Source: Takakia lepidozioides (Eukaryota > Plantae > Bryophyta). Taken from it: DNA of 64,000 nt. Made by a program: the position numbers and the translations under genes. Below, piece by piece: positions 36,918 through 53,149 of the stretch. Under the pieces are notes generated by a model, which did no database searches, was not told the DNA's origin, and worked only from the letters and a program-made list of their open reading frames with translations. The DNA lies in the NCBI GenBank assembly GCA_030704615.1, contig CM060731.1:31000001-31064000 (forward strand), given 5' to 3'. Position 1 is the first letter of the stretch, and the number at the start of each line of letters is the position of its first letter.

Positions 36918-37349
36918 TGGCTAGGTGTAATGCCTGGATGATGTGTACTTGAAACTCAGCCTCCATGCCCCTTCTTGCCCTTGGAGTGGGTCAGCAGGGT
37001 GGTAAAAACAGAGAACTCGTTGGAGCTTGCACTGGGCTTATGTTCTTATCAAGGACATATGGCTAGGTGTAATGCCTGGATGATGTGTACTTGAAACTCA
37101 GCCTCCAAGAAGCCCCTCCTTGCCCTTGGAGTGGGTCAGCGAGGTGGTAAAAACAGAGAACTCGTTGGAGCTTGCACTGGGCTTATGTTCTTATCAAGGA
37201 CATATGGCTAGGTGTAATGCCTGGATGATGTGTACTTGAAACTCAGCCTCCAAGAAGCCCCTCCTTGCCCTTGGAGTGGGTCAGCGAGGTGGTAAAAACA
37301 GAGAACTCGTTGGAGCTTGCACTGGGCTTATGTTCTTATCAAGGACATA
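36918..37349. repeat. Three near-identical tandem units of 142-145 bp just 3' of the NUP214 stop
   Basis: Units start tggctaggtgtaatgcctggatg at 36918, 37060 and 37205, and each ends ttatcaaggacata. Confidence 0.95.
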
Positions 37350-37923
37350 ACAAGACATTGACAAGTCAAACTTGCTTACATCATGCTAGCTCCATGAAAA
37401 AGCTATGGCCTCTACCAATATTTCCTATCCTTGCCCCCTGCTATTTACTATGTCTGAACTGCTGAAACTGCAGGGCTTGGGTTTTGATGTGAATTCGAAT
37501 AACAATATTTTTGAAAGCACTGAAACTGATAGGATACTGGTTTCAGTGTTGGGTGGCAAGTAATATATGCAATACTGAAACATGGTTATCATCACAAACT
37601 TGAAATCCACCATAGGCCACTTAAAAGATATAGAGATACCTTCACTAAGCCCACTCCCTGCAGGACATGGGCGTGTGGCTCTTTTTCATGTTGGTTCAAG
37701 TCTCTCCATGATTGGCAAATTTCTTACCATATACCTAGTATGGTTATCTCCTTCATATCCTAACATTTTGGCTCAACTCTACAAGACTTTAAATAGCCTC
37801 ATCACAAAAGATATCTTGGTACAATGGGTGCTATTTACATCTATCTATTCTTTTTTGAAATATTTTCTTAAAATATTGGATTGGCTATCCACAAGGGGAT
37901 AACCGATGAAATATGACCGGCTA

Positions 37924-38027
37924 GAGCCGGTCTTCCAAGTGTGTAGTTAAAGCGACATACATATGCATGATTCAAAGCCGGTCTTCCAAGTGTGTATTTA
38001 AAGCGACATAAATATGCATGATTCAAA
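37924..38027. repeat. ~52-bp tandem duplication
   Basis: agccggtcttccaagtgtgta.ttaaagcgacata.atatgcatgattcaaa occurs twice. Confidence 0.85.
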
Positions 38028-38337
38028 CTACATGTATACACCAAAAATTCATTAAAACCCAACCTTATAACACACACTCGAGGTTAAATATTAATGGCGT
38101 TTCATCTTGCATCATCCATGTCCAATGGTGGTTGGTAATGATACATGCTTGTTTTCATAACTTAAAAGTCATCATCCATAAACAGAATCATCATGTTAAA
38201 TGTGTCCAAAATCTGTTTAATGCATCCAAGACCAATTAAACAAAGCCCAAACCTACAACAATGTGCTACTAATCCTTACCATACCATACTAAATTGAGAG
38301 TTTCTCATGTTAGTGTTGGAATGTTATGTATGATCTA

Positions 38338-38729
38338 CAGGTCTCCGTCCCCTTTATTTTTATTTTTATTTTTAAACATTCATAAGTGACAATAAGTTAC
38401 GTCTTAGGTGGCCGATATTACCCAACAGGTTTTTTTTAATAAAAGCCATATCTAATATTTTAATATTAATTACACCATGTATAGTTTGTTTCGTTCTGGT
38501 GCGACATTCCCTCTTGTGTGCCCAATGGCTCATATGATAGGGGTTTTTTTTTTCCCTCCTCCTAAAGGGCCAAAATTGTGAGCAGTCGCTTCCCGGTTTC
38601 TTTTTCTTTATAAAAAAAAAAAAAACAACTATAAAAATACTCTTCAACATTTATATAATTGAATTTCAACTAGATTGTTTTAGTTTTTTTTAGTTTTTTT
38701 TTTTTTTTGAACAAGGGACAGAGGCAATG
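38338..38729. mobile_element. AT-rich MITE-like element
   Basis: caggtctccgtcccct ... agggacagaggcaatg imperfect inverted termini, related to those at 18022-18117. Confidence 0.4.
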
Positions 38730-40499
38730 GATGAAACTTTACTAAGGATTATTTGAAGGGAAAAAATGAGAACCCCTGATTGCCCGTATGGTGCTGTTGG
38801 ATAACTCGCGAACAGTGACTGAGAAATGAGACACCGTGAAACATACAATTTGACACCATCAAGATTGGGATGCTAGCAGCCTAGAAAATACCCAGCGATA
38901 CCATAAGAGAAGCTGCCATTTGGGAGCACAGGTAAGTCCATGCAATAGCCATTAGAGGCAAAGACAGGGCCAGTGAAAACGCCCTAGCAGGAGCAGAGGA
39001 CGAAGGGCGGACTGAACAGAGCGACGGTGAACCCTAAAGAAGGAGGGCCGAGGGTAACATGAACTGGGAGGCAGGAGCGAGAAGGGGTTGGGCAGCGAAT
39101 TAGGAAGAGAGCAGAAGATTGGAGCTGACAGTGGGGTATCAAAAAACAGAGAGATGTCTACTCTCCCTCATTTTCTGCTCATATGCTTGATCTTCGAAGG
39201 GTATTGTGCAGATTCAGAGGTGCTGGGTTAAAGGTCAAGCTAAAAAAATGCGATCTCTGTATGGCTGAGCTTCATTTCCTATGACACATGCTCTCTGCAG
39301 CATGTATCAGCCCTGACCCTAATAAGCTGTGTGGGAGTATCCTACCCCTCGTGACAAGAACTGTGTGCATGCTTTCTTAGACTTGGCATCGTACTATCAT
39401 AGGTTCATCAAGCACTTTGCTAAAATAGCTGTTGCCCTTAACATGTTGTTATGCAAGCATGTGAAGTTCACTTGGGGGCCCTAGCAGCTTTCTGCCTTTG
39501 AAAAGTTGAAAATTGCTTTGACTGTGCTTCCATTTTAATCTTTCCAAACTTCACCCAACCCTTCCTGCTACAAAGTTCAAACAGATGCCTCAGACTTGGC
39601 TATGTCAGTCATTCTATGTCAAAAACGCGACGGTAGAGAACATGTGGTAGCTTAAGCTTCTCGCCACCTTGATAAGCATGAGAAGAACTATGGTATTACT
39701 GACAAAGAAGGCTTAGCAGTCATTTTTGGAGTTAAACATTTTAAGTAGTACTTGCATGGCTGTCCTTTTGTTGTTGAAATTGATCATCTACCTCTAAAAG
39801 CACTCAAGACTCCTCATGAATTTGTCTGGAAGGCTGGCAAGGTGGTCCTTGACGTTGCAGATGTTTGATTATGATATTCGTTACAAGAAGGGCAAGGCCA
39901 ATGCTAATGTTGATGCCCTAACTCGTAGCGAACCTAAGTCCTCTCAACCCTACATGACTTTAGATGATCTTGCTCAGCAGTTGCCTGCTCCTGCTTCATC
40001 ATTACCCTCTCCTGTTTTTGATGGCCCTAATTTGTTAGTTCATTTTGCTACTGTTCCTACCTCTCCTCCTGATCTCATGTCAGAATGGGATATGCTTTCT
40101 TTTGCTGCTGGTTAGCTAGTTTATTGGGTGCAGCACTGTCACCGAGGTCACCTCCGAGGTCTAGTTGGTAAATCCCTCTCTTTCTATGCACTTGCTTTCT
40201 CTTGCTGCTGTTCCTGGTTTTGGTCTCTTCCTCTCCATACGGCATTTGCTTGTGTGCTTACCAAGTACAGTCTGCTCTGTCACTAAGCAACCCCTTTTTC
40301 ACGTGGTTGAGCTACTCATACCCTGGAGCAAACTAAGGCGAACACTCCTTGGTTGCTCACACTAACCTAAGGGTGTAGCTATGTACATCTGCAGACATGG
40401 AAGATCAACTGTAACATCAAGCCCTCCTCTAGAAGTGTAAAACTGGCACACATCTGCAGGGTCTCTCCTCCCATACTATGAGGCAAGTAAACCTATTAA

Positions 40500-40845
40500 G
40501 GTGGCCATTTTGGTCCACATCATAGGTATGGATTTGAAGTGACAAAATCATTTGTCATTTGATTCATATGGACTAATATATGTAAAAACAAAATAGGCAT
40601 TTTTTGAAAAGTCCATAGCTCATCTTGTTTTTTGGATTTTGGGTGTCATTTTTTTTTTCTAGAAGTATAAAAACCTATAATCTTCAATGGCTAGGTGGCA
40701 TATTGATTTTTTTTTGTAAACTCTAATTTTTAGTTTTTCACAATTTCTCTAAATAATAGACTAAAATATTTAATGAATTATATCTTTAATATTTGGGGTA
40801 GGACTCTTTACTAAATATGTTCAGTATACCATTATCTATCACTGA
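40500..40845. mobile_element. AT-rich DNA-transposon-like insert, an inverted partial relative of the 41059-41810 element
   Basis: aatatttggggtaggactctttactaaatatgtt...tatctatc (~40789-40840) and agtccatagc.catctt..ttttgg (~40610) match the reverse complement of 41172-41225 and 41365-41400. Confidence 0.55.
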
Positions 40846-41058
40846 TGCAACTGCCCTAAGGGTCATAGCTATGTTAGTGTAGCTACTGATTACTTGTCTA
40901 AATGGGTTGAGATCCGGCTTTTGGTTGCTAAGGATAGCGATGAGGTGGTTCAGTTCTTCTTTGATGAAATCATGTTGCGGCATGGCTGCCCCCTTGAGAT
41001 CTTGACTGACCAGGGTACTGAGTTCTATAACCAGTTGATGGAGGTTGTGTGTTTCAAT

Positions 41059-41810
41059 AGGCAGTTGCAGAATTGGATGGATCAAAAGCGGCACATGTTG
41101 AGTCCACTGGAAGTCCATGGATTTGTTTTATTTTTTTGTCGAGTCTATTGCTTTCAGTTTATTTTTTAAAGATAGATAGTAGTATACATAACATTTTTAG
41201 TAAAGAGTTCATCCTCAAATATTGAAAACACTCTTTACTAGATATTTTAATCTTTAATTTGAAAAAACATTTAGACGTCAAAATCTAGAGTGTACAACCA
41301 CTTGTCCATATACCACTTGGCACCTCTAAATTATAGGTTTGTATGCCTTTTTAGTAAAGGACTACACCTCAAAAACCCAAAACATAAGATGCTATGGACT
41401 AGAGCAAATCAACCTGTTTTTATGTGAAAAATAGTCTATAGCTCTCAATTCCTAAGATAACTAGTCCATATAAAAGTGGATTTGGGTTGGATTTAGAAAT
41501 GACACCTTTAGTGTGTTTTCCTTTGTGCCAGTGTATGAGTGTACACGATGTTTTTTCAGTCCATAAGATTTTATGTGTAACATCTGTACTCCACAGTAAT
41601 CAACTTTAAAAGTCCGTGGCTCTCTGGTACATGATTGTTTTTGCAATCTAACAATTGGTACACATACCTATTGTAATTAGAAACCCTATACCATATATTT
41701 AGATGAAATATTGAGTTGTTGGACAAATATGGGTAAAACCATGTAGGGAGGGCACTGCAGAAACTGCCATGTTACACAAAAACTGAGACACCCATCCTGC
41801 AAATACCCCA
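41059..41810. mobile_element. Non-autonomous DNA element inserted in the Gypsy integrase (3-4-bp TSD, superfamily uncertain)
   Basis: Removing it restores the integrase frame EVVCFN|LDVKH. Duplicated (c)aat flanks; diverged termini ggcagttgcagaattgg versus ggtatttgcaggatgg (reverse complement). Confidence 0.6.
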
Positions 41811-42071
41811 ATCTTGATGTCAAGCATTGCTTGACGGCTCCTTATAACCCCTAGTGCAATGGGCTCACTAAAAAGTTCAACAAAATTATATGCCAGCTTC
41901 TTAAAAAGAATGGTGTCCTGACAGATGAATGGGATATTACCTTACCTATCCTAATCTTTGCTTATAGGACCTCTGTACATGCTAGTACCCGCCATTCTTT
42001 TTTTGAATTATTCTATCCTCGCAAAACTCGGACACCACTACATGTTCTTGTGTTACAAACTCAAATGGAGG

Positions 42072-42713
42072 CACTACAACAAATAGGGGGGGGGTTACCG
42101 ACGCTAGCCGCGCCCCCACGCCCCGCGCGGCGCTAAGCCCGCGACGTCGAGCCCGCGGCGCTTTTTTGTGACGCCCCAAAGTCGCAATCTCCCGTTGCGA
42201 CACCATTACGACGCCCAGCCGTCGCAAGGTGGCATCAAGGGGAAAAGAGGGCCCTCGCTGCGACGGATTTTCGTCGGGGCGTCGCAAATTCAAATAAAAT
42301 AAAATAAATAAAAATAAAAATAAAAAATAGACGTTGCGACGCCTCAGCATCGCAAAAGCGTAACTGAGGGCGCCCCAGCACCTCTGCGACGCCAAGGCGT
42401 CGCAATAGCATCACCACAGTGTGAGTTTTTTTGTTTTTTTGTTTTTTTGGGCTTTGCGGCTCTCAACTTCACAAAAACGTCGTTGGGTCGCCCTGCGCTG
42501 GGACGCCAGGGGGTCGCCACAGTGGGTCGCAATGGTGTTGTAGTCAACTTAGGTCATCACAAGGACGTCGCTTGGGGCGCCTGGCGGTGGGGGGGTGCAA
42601 CGACGACGACGACGCTAGGGCTGGGGCTGGGGCTGGGCACTAAGGCTGTGAAGGTTGCAACTCCCCGGCATCATAAGAGGGACCCCTTTAGAAGGAACTT
42701 GAAGGAAATCTTC

Positions 42714-42749
<36 letters not shown>

Positions 42750-43360
42750 TGTTTTTGTGATACATAGATGTAGCGTAGGTGTGTTGGTTAGTCTGTAGTG
42801 TCTTAGAAATGTTATAAAGTGGAGGTCTCAGGTTCAAATATGCATTGCATGATATATATAGAACCATGAACATATCACCATTAGACAGAACTGGAGTCAA
42901 TGATCAACGCTGGAGTCAATGGTCAACAAGTTTTTGAAATTCAAAATTTCAAATATAAAATTTCCCGCCTAAATTCAAATGTACCCCTTAAATTGCGACG
43001 TCCGGGCGTCGCACTTTGTGACCCCCGGACGGTGCTAAATCTGCATTGCAGAGTAGGTTTTTATTTTCATTTTTATTTTTTATTTTAATTTTTAATTTTT
43101 AATTTTTAATTTTTAATTTTTAAATAATATATTTAATAAAATAAATATTTATTTATTTACTACAAATAAATTTTATGCGACGCCCGGGCGTCGCAAATCG
43201 CGGTTTCGCCTTTTTGCGACCCCATTGGTCGCAAATTTGCAAAGTTTCTTTGGCGACGGGCTTGCGACGCCCGGGCGTCGCAAATTTGGTTCTTCCCCCT
43301 GCCCGAAAAGGGCTGTTTTACGACGCTGCGGCGTCGAAAACCCCCCCTTTTCCTGTAGTG
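42072..43360. mobile_element. Non-autonomous CACTA/EnSpm element nested in the Gypsy integrase
   Basis: Termini CACTACAACAAATAGGGGGG ... CCCCCCCTTTTCCTGTAGTG; 3-bp flanks agg/aag; dense gcgacgcc/ggcgtcgc subterminal repeats. The Gypsy frame continues across it (QMEE|EPVVW). Confidence 0.9.
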
Positions 43361-45136
43361 AAGAACCCGTGGTATGGAAAGAATTTCTAAACCATCTTAC
43401 TGCTTATCGTTTGCGTTTGCTTGAAACTGCCAAGCATAACATTCAAGTTTCTCAGGTAGTCGAGGCTCGGAATTATAATAGAAGAGTAGTCTATTCTGAA
43501 ACTTTTGCTATAGGATAGACTGTTTGTGTTCACTTGCAGCCTGGCAAGCAGGTGACGAAGTCCAAGATGAGATTGATGGCCCTTACCTGATTCATGCCAT
43601 CCTACCGGCCGTCAATACCGGCTTCGACAACATCCTTCTATTGCGGAGATTGCTGGGACTGTCAATGTTTCCCAGCTTCTTCCTTCCGAGCTGCAGTTTG
43701 ATCTTAGCTGCATCAACATGGAGAATCGGCATGTTGTTTTGATACATATGAAACGAGCTCGCATTGATCCGGCTTCAGAACTGCAGGAGTAGTTTTTAAT
43801 GGTGACACTTGATTTTTGATTGGTTTGGCTTTGACATTTGAGTCACCATGGCTTCCTTTTCTTTTCGAACTGAGGTTGCACACCTCATGAGATAGGGTTT
43901 CTCCCCAACAAGGTTTTATCCTTCGCTCATACTACAGAGCAAGGTTTTCTTTGTTGAGGTTTTGTCATCCCATCTCAGTGCAACCTTGAGCAGCACTGCT
44001 CCCTGTCTGAGTGTAGTGTTGGATAGATAGCTCGCTCCTCTGTGTGCCATGAGGCTTTACATATGTGATGGCTAGATTCCCTCTGCACTGCTTTCTCGAC
44101 ATCTGGATGAATGGACGATGACAAATGCGGATGAATGGCCGTTGGGCAAAAGGTGGATGAATCTATCTGGCAGATCTATTTATAAACATGAGTGTCTTAT
44201 GCTAACAACTAGCTTATATCTAAGTTAGGTGAAGTGGCATCCTATCTGGATGGGCACCTAGCTGGAATCCATGCAGCCAATCAGGGTTTGCCACTCTGTT
44301 GAATAAGATTATGGGCCTTCGTTTATAAAAATGATCAGCACGAAGCTTAGGGCGGCTGGTGTACTTTACAAGTGTAATTCCTATGTACTGAGAGACGAAT
44401 GTGCATGTGTCTTTGGATGAACCAATATTTCCGTGTGAGCAGCAGTGACCTCTACGAGTGATTCTACCTTCCTCATATGCTTGTTCTGCCGAGCTGACAT
44501 CCCTCACTTAGCACGAACCTCTAGAGGGGGGAATAACCTAGGTGGTGCAGAATCTCGGCTTTACAGTGTTGTTCTCCTTACGTCTCTCGGGTGGGTGTAA
44601 ATTAGAAATCACAACTGTAGCGTGGTTTCTGACTGTTACCATAATCACTTGGTGGGAAACCATGAGGCCAAGTGATGGACACAACATATTCCCATGGGCC
44701 CAACACTCTCAGGTTCTATATCCTCAGGTTCTATTTTATTGATATTGAGAAAGCTGCACGAAGCAGCAGTAAGCAAAGTTTAACTAGTTAAATTTAAACA
44801 GACGTACCATTTTTGTGCCTTCAGGGAAAACATGCTATCTTAGCCTAAGTTATGTGTGTGTGTAAGATTCCTCTTCACACACACACATTGCCTTAAACGC
44901 AGAAAAGGGAGTAATAATATTTCATTGCTGCTAGCTATATATGGATGCAACAACATACGATTGTATTTGTATATGAGCACCGACGTGGATACACGCATCA
45001 TACTAAATAATTAGTTGACTAATTGAACTTGGATCTTCACTTGCGCATCTTCCTGCCTCTGACTGCAAATTCTTGATCCGCAACCTCCTCGTCATCAACA
45101 TGTACTGGTGCAGATTCATGCAAAGCGCGTCAATAG

Positions 45137-45471
45137 TCAACAGTCAAACCACACCAAACGCCCGTTATCGTTCGCAATATGGTAATTTACATCGAATCGT
45201 GTTTGTGCTATCCAATTAGTGCTGCCATCAAGCTTCTTGCCAAACAGCCAAAATATCGAAAAAAAAAATATTGATTCATATATCCAAGTGAGGTGCACGA
45301 GTCTATATAGCCGTATCCCAGCACCAAGTTCCCGTTGTCGTTGGCTATAAGCCAGTCGAGATGTAGTTCCGCTTGCCATATGACCTCCCCATTCCATAGG
45401 TCGCAGTTGGCTCTGATAATACTCCCGTCAAGGGTTATTCCCCAGCAAGAACGCGTTAAAATAACCACCAA
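45137..45471 (-). pseudogene. Cyanovirin-N homologue (CVNH) lectin domain, frameshifted
   Basis: Repeat 1, SCWGITLDGSIIRANCDLWNG...LHLDWLIANDNGNLVLG..YIDSC, and repeat 2, KKLDGSTNW...RFDVNYHIANDNGRLVW, lie in different frames. A T10 run (45259-45268) sits at the junction. Confidence 0.7.
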
Positions 45472-45840
45472 ATCATTAATATGCCTTTAATTTAGAAGCA
45501 TACTTGATTTCACAAAGTAAATATTCTGTTGCAAAATTCAGACTTTGCACTAATAATAATATTGCGGATTTTAGTACGCAAAGTGAAGCGAGCCTCATTG
45601 TCAAACATTCCAGCATCTGCAATGAGGTCCTCCACTTCATCAATCGTATTGTCTTCCAACAAAAAGAAATACTTGATTCCTTGCTCAACCACCTTGCAAT
45701 CCGTCCGCACGTCATCCGGCCCATTATTATTTAAAATTAGCACTAATTTGTCGAGGTTGTCAATGCCAAGTCGACACCCCTTTCTTTTAGAAAAAAAAAA
45801 GAAAAAAAATCGATATTGCCCTACCGACATGTGCTAAAAA

Positions 45841-46650
45841 ATGAAAAAGTTGACCAACAGAATCCTCCCGGTATCTGCTATGTTCTCTAATCCCCCAGCC
45901 GCTTGCTCTTCTTGCAATTTGCAATCCCTGGAGGATTTGGAGCACTGTTTTGTTGCCTGCCCTTTTGCGCAAGTTGTTTGTAATAGGGCTTGTGCTTTGA
46001 TTTCCCTTTGGAACCCAGGCTTGACTTATTCTCCTTTTGCATTGTTGTTAAATGTCGACGGGGGTCATGTTTTTTGCTCTTGCCTGGTGTGGGAATCACT
46101 TAGAGGGATAATTCTGTGGAACTTATGGAGGATGAGATGTGGAGAGCTATTCCAGAAAGTGAGGCCTTGTCTGCAGAGAGTGTTGCATTGGGCTCACTCA
46201 GATCTGGTGTGTGAGGCTCGCAAAGCTTGGCTTGTTATTGTTGCAGCTCTTCCCAAATGTGGCAACATAAGGAGAAACCAGTTGCTTGCATCCTTCGACA
46301 ATTCTTGGGGAAAGGGCAAGATCTTCGGCACCAGAATTTCAGACTCTTGGGTTGTGTGGGAGGACAGCTTCTCTTCCTGCTGGCAGTGAAATTAGCGTGA
46401 AGAATTCTCCTTTAGAAGAGGCTGAGGTTAATTGGAGGCACAAAAGAAGCCTTAGGAAGGGCAAGTCAAAACTCAGCTCTCCTTTGATTCTCCCAAGCGT
46501 AAGAGTACATGTAAATGCATGTCGCTCACCTCCCATCCTCCCCCGAGCTTTTTATTTTTATGTCTTGCAAAAAATACCAACTTGTGCCCTATTTTCTGTA
46601 TTTGTACCGAAAAGTGAAAACAATACAAACGATATGGGATTATAAAAAAA
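45841..46650 (+). mobile_element. 3' fragment of a plant L1 LINE (zf-RVT region)
   Basis: CSSC...EDLEHCFVACPFAQVV and IILWNLWRMRCGELF; A-rich end near 46640-46650. Confidence 0.75.
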
Positions 46651-48072
46651 TTAACTTGGAAGAGTACGTTCCCCCTCCTCAACGGCCTGATTTAGGGCTG
46701 TCGCTCCCAAGTTTCCTTAAAGAAAAATATAAAATACAAGGTGAATTCTGAACTTACCACTGCTGAATCTGTAAGTTCTTACAGTGTTCTTTATTTTTAT
46801 TTTTATTTTTTATTTGTTTTTAAAGAAGGCGCCATAAAACTAAGGTGAAAAGGTCCAAAAAGAACAAGGAATCGAGGGCAGAGACTGCTTCCTAACTACC
46901 AAGTTGTCTTTCACATATCTGTACATATTTGCATTTGGAGAAAATTAAGTATGGGGTAAGGCCCGGCGACACTTGTAAAAAATGTGAATGTATCATATAT
47001 GTATGTCCGAAGTGCTCCAGTAGTTCAGTCTTCATTGATTGGAGCTCACCATCCTGGGGCAGGTGTTTGGCCATACTTATTAACATGGTTTCATATGTAT
47101 GTCTATATAGTTTGAGCCGCATTCCAGGCTACAGTCTACCCTCCATAAATGTTCCCTCCATATCTGTTAATCTGTTATCATTTTTTAATTCCCGAAGATT
47201 TGACAAGGCAAGTGTTAAGTGTTATTATGTTCGCTCCTTTACTAAATGACCCTTAATAAGCTGTAAAGAACTGGCTCAAATATCTTAGTGTATGTGGAGG
47301 GTACCATACGGGGTGTAAGGTGCCATCCTCTCGACCTTCCGCTTAAAGTTCCTCCTCTGGAGCCACCTTACGCCCCGAAAGGTTCCTCCTCAATCATGGC
47401 CGTAGATGAAAATAAATCCGAACCGTCTGTTCGTAAAGAAATTTGAGCCTATTACTTTACGCTGGGTAAGGGCCCCGCAACAATTGCCTTCAAGCACCAT
47501 GGAAGCCTCAGAAAAAATTGACCCCACCTGAAGTACGTAAGTGACCATCGGAGTACTGAGCAAGGATAATAGCAATGGACTACAGTTGTTTGAGACTGGA
47601 TGAGCTGAGGTGGGTTCCCTTCAGAATTTCACTTTCACGCCAGATTCTTGGATACTGCATACAACTCTGGCATGCTCGGCTGCTTGAAGCCAATGCAGTT
47701 TACAATAGTCTCAGCGAAACCAGAGAGTGGGGGAAAACAAATTGAGGTGCTACCCATCGCTGGCAAACAGGCACCATCTAAGTATGCTGTTTTCCATGAC
47801 TTCGAGAGCCTCTCTCTTAATTGGTGGAGTATGAATTGATCGGCAGCCAAGGACCGAGAGAGGAAGAGTTGTTCTCAGTGTATCCCACCACTTGCTGCTC
47901 CTGGGTGTGGACATCTCTTCAAAGCATTCTTGATATTAGGCCAACCACTGCCATGGGCGTAAAGCACAACAAATGGAAGTGTATACATAACTGCAATAAA
48001 CTATCAAATAGAAGAACAAACATCAACAAACGTCCGATAGAACAATAATTTAGAGCTCACCCAATAACTATG

Positions 48073-51219
<3,147 letters not shown>

Positions 51220-53149
51220 ATCTGAGCTCTCTCACGCGGAGCTTTCTCCCTATCCCTTCTCCTCTGATGAATTTTTGTTTCTCTTGTAGGGAATTCGTCA
51301 GGTTCCTGCAGAAGAAGCACCCAATACTGCACAAATCTGTACAATGAGGCAAGCTTCGATAGCCAGCATGACTTTGGGCTCTCGAGATCTAGAAATCATA
51401 GAAGAGGTCACCTTTAACACAAGCATATGAGGAAACAGGTAGAGAATGCACATCCGCTACAGTACATGAGTTGGGTTCTGAAGGTCCATTAGGAAATCCA
51501 TCAATCAAACCAAGGCTGTCTCCTCTGTCTGCTTATCCATCAGCAATCGGAATGCATTTCAACATTGAACCTGATCAGCTGAAGTAAGACTTCGTCACAA
51601 CTGCCCGAGTCATGCCAGTTCAACAGCAACCAGGATACGTCATAGAAGAGAAACTAAGCAAATCAGCTCTAGGGTGAGGATGGGTGATGCAGACGAGCAA
51701 CCATAGGCTTGCGAGGTCCTATGTCGAGCTCAAAACAGCTGATACTCACACAATTGATTAGAAATGATAGACCATACACTCTCCGACAGAGCGTAGTGCA
51801 CACTCTACTGTCACGTCGACACTGAGTCAAACAACTCCGCAGAAAACTTCGATGCTACATCTCCACGCATCATCCAAACTACCACAAGCAGAGCTGTTGC
51901 AGTGTGAAGGGCCAGAATCTCTCTTCCTCTCTCCGGCATAGCGTTGGATTCCAAGACCACCAAGACTACCAAAGTGAACCTTAAAAGACACTTTCTCCAT
52001 TACAGTCACACTATGTTCGGTAACATGAAGCGCGGAGGAATGCGCAAACGTTGTGCGATGAAGTGCAGTGCAAGAACATGTCTGAAGGCTACATGTTACT
52101 GTTCAAACGAGAGTTGTGCGAGATGCCCACTAAGTAGGCCTAGATCTGAACACCAACATTTGGAGATTTTTTGGTAGGCTGCGGTTTGATCGATGCATGA
52201 CATACAAGTATGCCCCACAATATTCAGAAGTGTTGCTCTTATCTCTCTGTTCTGAGTATCAGTTGAAGAATAGGTTACATCTATCCACAATGGCGTACTG
52301 TGTAACTAGCCCACTCCATCTTCAGATGTCTATTAAGTCCATCCATGTCACAAGCCAAGACTTTTACAGCTTTCTTTCTTAAACTGATCTTACTCCTTGT
52401 GAACGTGGCCGCCTTACAGACAAAAACAAACCTCGATGAAAATTCTTTGATAGCAATGTAACAGAAAGTCCATTGCACACATTTGGCATGCCACTCCTGG
52501 AGCAAAGCAACATACAATGCAAGAGCACATGGCAGGCATTTTGCGTCTTAGTTCACGACAGTTGGGTTGAATCATTTGCCCATCATATCACCAGGGGCTA
52601 CTCTTCTACTGTGTGGCATGTAAAGTTTATACTTGCCTCCCAGATTATTGAAGGCTGGATAAACTGTGGAGAGTGTCTCTAGCCCACTTGCAAGCGAACT
52701 CTGCCATTTCACCAACAAGTGTTGATCAAGACCGGACCATCTGGTGGAAAAGAGACCTTTCAGGTGTAGTCCATAGAGAACTAGCAGTCCAGTTCTTCCA
52801 ATTAAGTATGAGATTGGGATGATAGATCTGAGTTACCAGGGTGGACATGTCTTTGGTGAGTGAGTGCATCTCTTTCAGTTTTGTAATCCACCACTGGTCT
52901 GGTGCAACCTTGCCTTAAGCAGCCTTGACTTTTCTTGTCCTGTCTACTAACTGCAGCATTGTGGCACAGAGCATGGGTGCAGACCAAACTGGAGATCCCA
53001 CCAAATATGGAAAGCATGACAGTAACTGCCACGAGTAAGCATTACTTCTTGTCCCCAGGCAGAATACTTTCTTGTTGAAAGGACAAGAGAGCAACTGTAG
53101 CTTGTTTGGAATCCTACATGTAGGGATCTGCAAGCGACTGGCCCTGCAA

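Larger units (their letters stand above)
39165..43620 (+). mobile_element. Decayed Ty3/Gypsy pol (RT end, RNase H, integrase) interrupted by nested insertions
   Basis: HMLDLRRVLCRFRGAGLKVKLKKC (RT); QTDASD...EKNYGITDKEGLAVIFGVKHF and SGRLARWSLTLQMFDYDIRYKKGKANANVDALTR (RNase H); TDYLSKWVE...RHGCPLEILTDQGTEF and APYNP*CNGL...FAYRTSVHAST (integrase); GPY motif near 43580. Many stops and frameshifts. Confidence 0.9.

Noticed and set aside
36918-37349. Tandem C/D snoRNA cluster
   Set aside because: Only a C-box-like ggatgatg is present, with no properly placed CTGA D box or terminal stem.
41982-43390. Arg/Ala-rich ORFs
   Set aside because: They arise from GC-rich subterminal repeats of the CACTA element.
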